Assembly: GCA_005239615.1 (NCBI GenBank)
Contig: SBBR01000106.1
Coordinates: forward strand, 1-32,510
Source: an archaeon
GTDB taxonomy: Archaea; Iainarchaeota; Iainarchaeia; Iainarchaeales; Iainarchaeaceae
Length of the DNA: 32,510 bases
Direction of reading: 5' to 3'
Below, piece after piece: positions 17,350 through 23,844 of the stretch (positions are counted from its first letter, which is position 1; every line of letters starts with the position of its first letter). Under the pieces are notes generated by a model that was not told where the DNA came from, did not search any database, and saw only the letters and a list, made by a program, of their open reading frames with translations. Made by a program: the position numbers and the translations under genes.

Positions 17350-17895
17350 CTAATCACCAGAATGTTTCTTGTAGTGCAGCAGCACCGTTCCATACTTGTT
17401 CAGCTTTTTCAACGAAACCAGGTTAAAGCCGAGGCCCCTCGCGCCACCGCCTTTCACAACACCATCAAACAACGGGAGCCCAGCCCCGAATACGAGCGGT
17501 TCTATTGTTAGGAAAATCTCGTCCGCGAGGCCAGCCTGCAGGAAATAAGTGAAGGTTTTTGTACCCCCAAGGACTGCGATTTTTTTGTAGCCGTGGCTTG
17601 TGCAATAATCCCTGATGCTAACTTCTACCGGATTTAGGTATGCAGGCCCAGCGCCTATTTCGACTGCCCCGGTCACATTATGGGTGAAAACGATGCAGTT
17701 GCGCCTTGAAAGTGGCGCTTTTGCGACCTCGTAGGTGTTCCGCCCTACAACCACCGCATCGCTCCTGTCGAGCGTTTTGTGCAGGAAATCCTTGTCCTCC
17801 TTCGAGGACCAGCCTGTCATGTGCCTTGCATGGCGGGCAATCCTGCCATCAATTGTGCAGACCGCTATCAGCGAAAATACAGGCCTTTTTCTCAC
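17350..17895 (-). CDS. RibD C-terminal domain / DHFR-like reductase (archaeal diaminohydroxyphosphoribosylaminopyrimidine reductase-like)
   Basis: Contains FSLIAVCTIDGRIA, VVVGRNTYE and IAVLGGTKTFTYFLQAGLADEIFLTIEPLVFG. I prefer the GTG at 17895. The track ORF extends to a TTG at 18018, but that poly-K N-terminus is encoded by the repeat array next to the tRNA. Confidence 0.7.
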   Translation of the reverse strand: MRKRPVFSLIAVCTIDGRIARHARHMTGWSSKEDKDFLHKTLDRSDAVVVGRNTYEVAKAPLSRRNCIVFTHNVTGAVEIGAGPAYLNPVEVSIRDYCTSHGYKKIAVLGGTKTFTYFLQAGLADEIFLTIEPLVFGAGLPLFDGVVKGGGARGLGFNLVSLKKLNKYGTVLLHYKKHSGD

Positions 17896-17953
17896 GGGGC
17901 AGATTTGGGCAGGATGCACCTTAAAACCATTGCGAGTCACTATGAATTCCCAG

Positions 17954-18302
17954 CTTTTTCTTTTCTTAAGCCTTTCGTTTCTTTTTCTTTTCGTCAACGT
18001 TTTCTTTTTCTTTCCCAAAGAAAAAGAAAAGGTTGCTGGGGTGTCAGAGCGGCTATGTACCCGCCTGCAGTAACCCTTTTCTTTCTCCTGTGGAGAAAGA
18101 AAAGGGTCCTTGCAGAATCGAAAGATTCTGCGAGGCCAAGCAAACCTAAAGGTTTGCCGGGTAGCGGAAAAGAAAGGTGTTTGCGCCTATGGCGCAGGGT
18201 TCTTTTTCTTTTTCGCAAAGGTTTTTCTTTTCCTTGCAGAGCAAGGCTCTGCGAGGCCTCGTCCCGAAAGGGACAAGGTCTTCCCAAGAAAAAGAAAAAG
18301 GT
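17954..18302. repeat. Cluster of about 10 copies, in both orientations, of a 12-15-nt CTTTTTCTTTT / AAAAGAAAAAG motif flanking and filling the tRNA-Cys intron
   Basis: Pyrimidine copies lie near 17954, 17977, 18000, 18074, 18199 and 18220. Purine copies lie near 18018, 18092, 18166 and 18286. 18000-18013 and 18017-18030 form a perfect 14-bp hairpin with a CCC loop just 5' of the tRNA. Confidence 0.85.
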
Positions 18303-18345
18303 TTGCGGTGAGCGGGCTAGGAGGGTTCGACTCCCTCCCCCAGCT
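18035..18345 (+). tRNA. tRNA-Cys(GCA) interrupted by a 240-nt intron at the canonical 37/38 position. Exons are 18035..18070 and 18311..18345; no CCA is encoded.
   Basis: Acceptor GCTGGGG/CCCCAGC with discriminator T73. D-loop AGCGGCTA. Anticodon stem CCCGC/GCGGG with loop CT-GCA-G|..|A. Variable loop CTAG. T-arm GAGGG-TTCGACT-CCCTC. The BHB has a 4-bp helix CTGC(18065-68)/GCGG(18305-08) flanked by 3-nt bulges AG|T and TG|A. The D-stem is weak (TCAG/TGTA). Confidence 0.8.
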
Positions 18346-18407
18346 TGTATTACTCACGCTACAGTATTATTCACCCATTTTTAAATAATTATGAGTAATA
18401 CAATAGC

Positions 18408-19337
18408 ATGGCTTACATGGCAAAATTCAAAAGGAATGGCAAAATCTATTTCTATCTCGTTGAAAACATCCCGCTCGGCGGAGGCAAAAGAAGGCAGATA
18501 AGGGAGTACATTGGCGACAAGCAGCCATCGGAATCAAAGCTCCAAATCCTGATTGCAGAGTTCGAAAAAAAAGTGGAAAAAGAAACCGTCAAGCTCCATG
18601 GCCGCCACTACCTCACAAATGAAGAAATAAAGGAAATTGATGAAATCAATGCGCGATTCTGGCAAAGATACAAAAAATTAAATCCGACTGTACAGGAACA
18701 ATTCGACCAGAACTTCGTAATGGCTTTCGTTTACAACACCAACTCAATAGAAGGGTCCACTCTAAGCCCAAAAGAGGTCGAACCGCTTCTCAGCGAGAAC
18801 ATCGCTCCGAACAAGCCGCTTGATGACGTGCTCGAAGCAAAGGCTGCGCAAAAAACTCTGAATTTTGCCAAAGAGTACAAAGGAGAACTCACGCAGGAAT
18901 TTATAGCGCAAATCCACGAAATGTACTTCAAGGACACCAAACCTATGATAGCCGGAAAATACAAGACTCACCAAAACATGGCCAGGGGCTCGGACTTCGA
19001 GACAACACTGCCTCACTTAGTAATAACAGACATGAAAAACTTCATCAAAGAATACCCTCAGCAAAAAAATGGACTCCACCCACTTGAGCTGTCAGCATGG
19101 GCACACTGGAAACTTATGAAAATACACCCATTCCAGGTCGGAAACGGAAGGACGGCTAGAATACTGATGAACTACATCCTGCACATCAACGGCTATGCGA
19201 TGATAGACATCAAAACCAAGGAGAAACAGCAATACTTCAACGCGCTGGAGAAATGCCACTACAACAATAATGCAAAGGCTTTGGCAACAAGACTAGTCAG
19301 GCGATTCAGGAAACAATACAAAAATGCGCTGGACTAA
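18408..19337 (+). CDS. fic: Fic-domain protein (AMPylase-type), class II with internal inhibitory helix
   Basis: Fic motif HPFQVGNGRTARILMNY. The upstream motif TNSIEG fits the inhibitory (S/T)xxxE(G/N). The N-terminus KFKRNGKIYFYLVENIPLGGGKRRQIREYIG is typical of archaeal Fic proteins. Confidence 0.85.
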   Translation: MAYMAKFKRNGKIYFYLVENIPLGGGKRRQIREYIGDKQPSESKLQILIAEFEKKVEKETVKLHGRHYLTNEEIKEIDEINARFWQRYKKLNPTVQEQFDQNFVMAFVYNTNSIEGSTLSPKEVEPLLSENIAPNKPLDDVLEAKAAQKTLNFAKEYKGELTQEFIAQIHEMYFKDTKPMIAGKYKTHQNMARGSDFETTLPHLVITDMKNFIKEYPQQKNGLHPLELSAWAHWKLMKIHPFQVGNGRTARILMNYILHINGYAMIDIKTKEKQQYFNALEKCHYNNNAKALATRLVRRFRKQYKNALD

Positions 19338-19355
19338 AACGCTCTCAGCCGCAAA

Positions 19356-19610
19356 ATGGTTTATAGCAAACCGCCCAAAAATACCGAAAAACTTTTGCGG
19401 TTTGCTATAAGGCAAGGAAAGCTAGGATGCCAAAAATCACTTGCAGAAGCCAAAGTGGACCTGAAGGACCCCTCACACATCGCAAACAGGCTCTACGGTT
19501 ACGGGCCAGACATTTCGGACAAGGAACTCGAACAATTTGGAACAGCTCTGCTCGAACCAAATGCCCCACCAAAAGAAGCCTCTCGGAACTGCATGAAAAA
19601 AATGGGGTAA
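19356..19610 (+). CDS. Hypothetical protein
   Basis: 84-aa ORF directly after fic in the same A/T-richer patch. No recognisable motif. Confidence 0.3.
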   Translation: MVYSKPPKNTEKLLRFAIRQGKLGCQKSLAEAKVDLKDPSHIANRLYGYGPDISDKELEQFGTALLEPNAPPKEASRNCMKKMG

Positions 19611-19728
19611 ACCGAGGTTTTGCGGACATTGCCTTTTATAATTTATCTGTGTAGGAATAGCTCTAGGAAAAGCCAATATTCAGGCAGGAAACGTAATTTA
19701 GTCTTAAAGGGTTTTTGGGGGGTTTTGG

Positions 19729-21768
19729 TTGATTGAACTTGATTTCGTGCTGGTCATAGGCCTGCTCTCGCTTGCCGTGGCAGCCTTCCTCGCAAGGGGC
19801 GTATGGAAGCAGGACGAGGGCACGGAGAGGATGCGCGAGGTCGCGGGATTCATCCGCGAAGGGGCGAAAGGCTTCATGAAGAGGCAGTACGCAACTATTG
19901 CAGGCCTGACAATTGTTTTCGCTGTGGCGCTTTTCGTGCTATTCACCTTTTTCGAGCCGGGCAGGGCGTTCACTTCGGCTATCTGCTTTGTAGTGGGCGC
20001 CGCGTTCTCAGCCCTCGCGGGAATAGTCAGCATGCTGATTGCGGTGAACACCAACAGCAGGACGGCATCCTCTGCGGCAACAGGTATTTCCGCCGCGCTG
20101 AGGACAGCATTCAGGGGAGGTGCGTCCGCCGGTATCATAATCGTTGCGCTTGCGCTTCTGGGGATCGCGCTGATTTACATGGCCTTCGGTCAGGATCCGC
20201 AGGAAACGCCCTTCATAATAGTAGGGTATGCATTCGGTGCATCTTTCGTCGCGCTTTTCGCCCAGCTCGGGGGCGGCATCTACACCAAGGCTGCTGACGT
20301 TGGTGCAGATTTGGTCGGGAAAATCGAGGCTAACATTCCGGAAGACGACCCGCGCAACCCCGCGGTGATTGCAGACCTTGTCGGGGACAATGTTGGGGAC
20401 TGCGCTGGAAGGGGCGCTGACATCTTCGAGAGCACGGCCGCCGAGAACATAGGCGCGATGATTCTGGGCGTGGCAATATTCTCGGCGCTTGGCACAAACG
20501 GCGTGCTCTTTCCGCTTGTGGTGAGCGCACTTGGACTGCTCGCATCCATTGCAGGCATCTTCGCGGTGAACATGAAGGAAGACGGCAGCCCAATGGCTGC
20601 AATGAACCTGGGGTTCTGGGTAACCTCCGGGATTTCTGTCGTGCTGCTTTACATCGCCACTATGGTGATGCTGGGCAGCACCTGGCTTTTCGCCGCGGGA
20701 ACTGTGGGAATCGTTACAGCCATTGCATTTGTTTACATCACGGAGCACTACACCGAGCACAAGTTCAGGCCTGTAATGAGGATAGTTGAAGGTTCGAGGA
20801 GTGGCCCCGCGACGAACTTCCTTTCTGGCTTTGCGCTGGCTCTCGAGTCAACAGGCCCTACAGTCATAGTAGTCTCCGCTGCCCTTCTGGCTTCATTTTA
20901 CTTCGGCGTACAGTCAGACGTGCCAAACGGCGGCCTGTTCGGCACGGCCATGGCGACGATGGGCATGCTCATGACAGCAGCCTACATCCTAGCAATGGAC
21001 ATGTACGGCCCCATCACCGACAATGCAGCCGGCATAGCGCAGTTTGCTGGGGCAAAGGGTGAGAGCCGCAGGAGGCTCGACAAGCTTGATTCTGTGGGAA
21101 ATACAACCAAGGCGCTCACCAAGGGATATGCAATCGGCAGCGCATCACTTGCGGCATTTCTGCTCTTCTCCGCCTACATGACCGAGGTAGCAAAGCTCAC
21201 AGGAAAGCCCTTTGACGTCGTGAACATAGCGCAAGTGCATGTATTTGTAGGCGCGGCAATGGGGGCGCTTCTTGTTTTCCTCTTCACTTCGCGCGCGGTA
21301 CGCGGGGTGAGCAAGACCGCTGAATATATCATTGCGGAAGTCAGGAGGCAGTTCGCCGACAAGGCCATAATGAGCGGCAAAAAGAAGCCTGATTATGCGA
21401 AGTGCGTTGACATAACCACGCAGGGAGCGCTCAGGAACATGGTCCTGCCAGGCCTGCTCGTGCTCATGATTCCGGTGGTTATAGGGCTGCTCCTCAAGGC
21501 GGAAGCTGTTGCCGCGCTGCTGATTGTAGGTACGATAGTCGGCATACTCTTCGCGACCTTCCTGAATAATGCAGGCGGGGCGTGGGACAACGCCAAGAAG
21601 TACATAGAGGAAGGATTTGAAGGGGGAAAGGGAAGCGATGCCCACAAGGCTGCGGTTGTAGGGGACACAATTGGCGACCCGTTCAAGGACACCGCTGGGC
21701 CGAGCATCCATGTGCTCATAAAGCTCCTTGCGACCATCACGCTCGTGCTTGCGCCGCTGTTCATCTGA
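19729..21768 (+). CDS. hppA: Membrane-bound proton-translocating pyrophosphatase, K+-independent type
   Basis: Contains GGGIYTKAADVGADLVGK, DNVGDCAGRGADIFES and GDTIGDPFKDTAGPS. GNTTKA, with Lys rather than Ala, marks the K+-independent subfamily. TTG start. Confidence 0.9.
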   Translation: MIELDFVLVIGLLSLAVAAFLARGVWKQDEGTERMREVAGFIREGAKGFMKRQYATIAGLTIVFAVALFVLFTFFEPGRAFTSAICFVVGAAFSALAGIVSMLIAVNTNSRTASSAATGISAALRTAFRGGASAGIIIVALALLGIALIYMAFGQDPQETPFIIVGYAFGASFVALFAQLGGGIYTKAADVGADLVGKIEANIPEDDPRNPAVIADLVGDNVGDCAGRGADIFESTAAENIGAMILGVAIFSALGTNGVLFPLVVSALGLLASIAGIFAVNMKEDGSPMAAMNLGFWVTSGISVVLLYIATMVMLGSTWLFAAGTVGIVTAIAFVYITEHYTEHKFRPVMRIVEGSRSGPATNFLSGFALALESTGPTVIVVSAALLASFYFGVQSDVPNGGLFGTAMATMGMLMTAAYILAMDMYGPITDNAAGIAQFAGAKGESRRRLDKLDSVGNTTKALTKGYAIGSASLAAFLLFSAYMTEVAKLTGKPFDVVNIAQVHVFVGAAMGALLVFLFTSRAVRGVSKTAEYIIAEVRRQFADKAIMSGKKKPDYAKCVDITTQGALRNMVLPGLLVLMIPVVIGLLLKAEAVAALLIVGTIVGILFATFLNNAGGAWDNAKKYIEEGFEGGKGSDAHKAAVVGDTIGDPFKDTAGPSIHVLIKLLATITLVLAPLFI

Positions 21769-21881
21769 AGCACAGCGTGCCGGCAGTCTAGGCATGAATG
21801 ACGAGTGGCCAGTTTTCAGGTTGCCGACACCCTTAAAAAATAGTGCAGGTCCTTCCGTGCCGCGCAGAAAACTTTCTGGTT

Positions 21882-22004
21882 TTACTTTCTCTTACCTTTC
21901 TTTTTCTTCTTTCCGCGGCCCTTCTTGTGCCCAGACTTGCCGACCTTCTCGAGCTTCAGGCCGAGCTTCTCAAGGGTCTTCCCGATTCTGTCTAGGTCTA
22001 TCAT
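21882..22004 (-). CDS. Hypothetical 40-aa highly basic protein (below the ORF-track cutoff)
   Basis: Hand translation gives MIDLDRIGKTLEKLGLKLEKVGKSGHKKGRGKKKKKGKRK*. A GGTGAGGT Shine-Dalgarno-like sequence lies 6-7 nt upstream of the ATG (22004-22002). Confidence 0.35.
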   Translation of the reverse strand: MIDLDRIGKTLEKLGLKLEKVGKSGHKKGRGKKKKKGKRK

Positions 22005-22111
22005 GGTTGAACCTCACCAAAACGATTTGAGAGATACAACACTTTACCCATATATAAAGGTAGTGGATTTTACGCCGAAGTGTTTTTAACTGCAAAAAAC
22101 ACAAGCGTTAC

Positions 22112-22819
22112 ATGGCCCAGATGCTTTCCAATTTCTTTGCGAGGAGGCGCCTGCAGCAGCTCGGTAAGATGGCGCAAAGGAGGCTTGGGCAACGCCCTGC
22201 TCCCGGGCCGAGGTTTCCGGGGTTTGCCGATAATCTCGTAGAGCATGTGCACAGGCAGGGCGCACAACAGCAATTCCCGGGTTTCGCCAACATCCTCGGA
22301 GGGCATGAGCGCCAGTATGGTTCTCCCAGCAACCGCCAGTACTCCAGCGCATTCATAGAGCACCAAGTGCCCCTGAACCGGAAGGAAATTGCAGGATTTG
22401 AAAGGGAAGCTGTAAGGCAGGACCCGATAGAGGCAATGCGGCAGACAGGGTTGGAGCAGAGCTTTGGTGAGGTGCAGGTAGCGCTGAACAGCCGTGGCAT
22501 CCTTGCGAGGAACAGGTCAAGTTTACCGGTGGCGCAACGCGAAGCCCATGACCTGAGGGTGCTGTTCATGCAGGCCCTGTTGGATGGCGCGATACGCAAC
22601 ACAGGGAACGAGAGAGCAATGCTCGCTGACTTCCAGCTCTACCTCAGAAGATTTTTCACCAAGATGAGACAGAACCCTGAGTTCGCCCAGTTGTACCAGA
22701 AGGACCCGCTTGTTTACGCAAACCAGGCGCTCAACAGGTTCAAGGCATCCTTCTACCCGCAGGAGTTCGTGAAGCTCGTACGTTCTGTTGAAGGGTTCGG
22801 CGAGGCAAGAAAAAGGTGA
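22112..22819 (+). CDS. Hypothetical protein
   Basis: 235-aa ORF. It is a better protein-like sequence than the overlapping antisense ORF 22108..22602. It contains a 20-aa tandem duplication (FPGFADNLVEHVHRQGAQQQ / FPGFANILGGHERQYGSPSN). No family recognised. Confidence 0.4.
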   Translation: MAQMLSNFFARRRLQQLGKMAQRRLGQRPAPGPRFPGFADNLVEHVHRQGAQQQFPGFANILGGHERQYGSPSNRQYSSAFIEHQVPLNRKEIAGFEREAVRQDPIEAMRQTGLEQSFGEVQVALNSRGILARNRSSLPVAQREAHDLRVLFMQALLDGAIRNTGNERAMLADFQLYLRRFFTKMRQNPEFAQLYQKDPLVYANQALNRFKASFYPQEFVKLVRSVEGFGEARKR

Positions 22820-22972
22820 TTTTTTGCCTTCACGCTGGATTTTCCATGCAGGGCGTTTTGGGCATTGTTTTGGTTTGCAGCTTCCCACTACCTTTTTAAA
22901 CAATTGCGGAAGAGTTAGGTAGGATTCCTAGACCTTATTTTAAGGGAATTTTGCCGTTTGCAGTTGGTTTTT

Positions 22973-23743
22973 ATGGGTTTGAGGCCGGGGCGCTGCTACA
23001 GCTCCACAAAGGACAGGGCTTTCACGAGGTACGCGGACACTGTCCAGCACAAGAACTTCATTGGAGCGGTGCCAGGCCTCAAGACAAGGCAGTTCAACAT
23101 GGGCAACGGCATGAAGGAGTTTGACACCGTGGTCGACCTGCAGGTCGTGTGCGGGCAGTTTGGGATGCAGATAAGGGACAATGCCATCGAGAGCACGAGG
23201 CTGATGGTGAACAGGCAGCTCTTCAAGGCGCTAGGCAAGGAAGAGTTCTTCCTGAAGGTCAGGGTTTACCCCCACCACATACTCAGGGAGAACAAGCAGG
23301 CGCAGGGCGCGCACGCGGACCGTATCCAAAAAGGCATGAGCCACGCATTCGGCAAGGCGATTGGAAGGGCGGTCAGGGTGCGCGACCACCAGCCAATTTT
23401 CTCGGTTTTGTGCATGGAAGACAACGCACAAAAGGCAAAGGATTGCCTTCAAATGGCGGTTTCGAGGCTCCCGTGCGGAATCAGCATTTCCATCCACAAG
23501 GACGTCAGGAGCATAGGCACGAAACCGAAGAAGACGCGCGACCTCAAGGAAGAGGAGGAAAAGGCAGCTGCCGAGGCTACAGGCGCCATGGCACCGGCAA
23601 CGGAAGCTGGCAAGGAAAGCGCGGCAAAAGCCGAGGCCGGAACAAAACCAGCCTCAGGAGTACCGAAGGTGGAGACAGTAGGCACGAAAGGCGCGGCAAA
23701 GCCGGAAGCGAAGGCAGATGCGAAGTCCGGCGCGAAGAAGTGA
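22973..23743 (+). CDS. rpl10e: Large-subunit ribosomal protein uL16 (L10e) with a long A/K/E-rich C-terminal extension
   Basis: MGLRPGRCYSSTKDRAFTRY is the classic L10e N-terminus. RLMVNRQL and VRVYPHHILRENK are also present. The last ~70 aa are low-complexity (KEEEEKAAAEATG...AKADAKSGAKK). Confidence 0.85.
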   Translation: MGLRPGRCYSSTKDRAFTRYADTVQHKNFIGAVPGLKTRQFNMGNGMKEFDTVVDLQVVCGQFGMQIRDNAIESTRLMVNRQLFKALGKEEFFLKVRVYPHHILRENKQAQGAHADRIQKGMSHAFGKAIGRAVRVRDHQPIFSVLCMEDNAQKAKDCLQMAVSRLPCGISISIHKDVRSIGTKPKKTRDLKEEEEKAAAEATGAMAPATEAGKESAAKAEAGTKPASGVPKVETVGTKGAAKPEAKADAKSGAKK

Positions 23744-23844
23744 AAGAGGCCGCACGACACCCAACCAAAAAACAACGCCCCACCATAGACCAGAGTTTTC
23801 TCCCAGAAAATTCCTATTTAATCTTTTAATCATCAAGTTTCCTT

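Noticed and set aside
17954-18302. Possibility that the repeated CTTTTTCTTTT motifs are a CRISPR array
   Set aside because: The units are only 12-15 nt, imperfect, occur in both orientations, have irregular spacing and pair with each other. No cas genes are present.
18071-18310. C/D-box sRNA or homing-endonuclease ORF inside the tRNA intron
   Set aside because: I found no RUGAUGA C box and no CUGA D box anywhere in the intron. 240 nt is too short for an endonuclease, and the only ORFs there are low-complexity.
17779-18388. ORFs 17779..18384 (+, 201 aa), 17994..18287 (-, 97 aa), 18110..18388 (+) and 17735..18073 (+) spanning the tRNA-Cys locus
   Set aside because: They are translations of the polypurine/polypyrimidine repeats and hairpins (K/R/F/L runs). 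The region is better explained as tRNA exons plus a structured intron.
19611-19728. Direct repeat of the tRNA-Cys 3' end (att site) downstream of the fic patch
   Set aside because: By eye I found no match to GGAGGGTTCGACTCCCTCCCCCAGC or its 3' half between 19338 and 19730. An integrated element therefore cannot be asserted.
20008-21795. Minus-strand ORFs 20008..20760, 20280..20602, 21145..21795 and 21393..21773, and plus-frame 19803..20297, over the pyrophosphatase gene
   Set aside because: These are shadows of a 679-aa gene with all H+-PPase signature motifs. Their translations are R/C/H-rich and unlike real proteins.
22108-22903. Minus-strand ORFs 22108..22602, 22086..22352, 22070..22366 and 22523..22903
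   Set aside because: They are Cys/Arg/Pro-rich and less protein-like than the plus-strand 235-aa ORF. Neither strand has homology support that I can see, so the plus call is itself low confidence.
23149-23836. Alternative-frame ORF 23149..23829 (+, 226 aa, RG-rich) and the minus ORFs over the uL16 gene tail
   Set aside because: The frame starting at 22973 carries the L10e signature. The others are frame artefacts of the GC- and purine-rich low-complexity tail.
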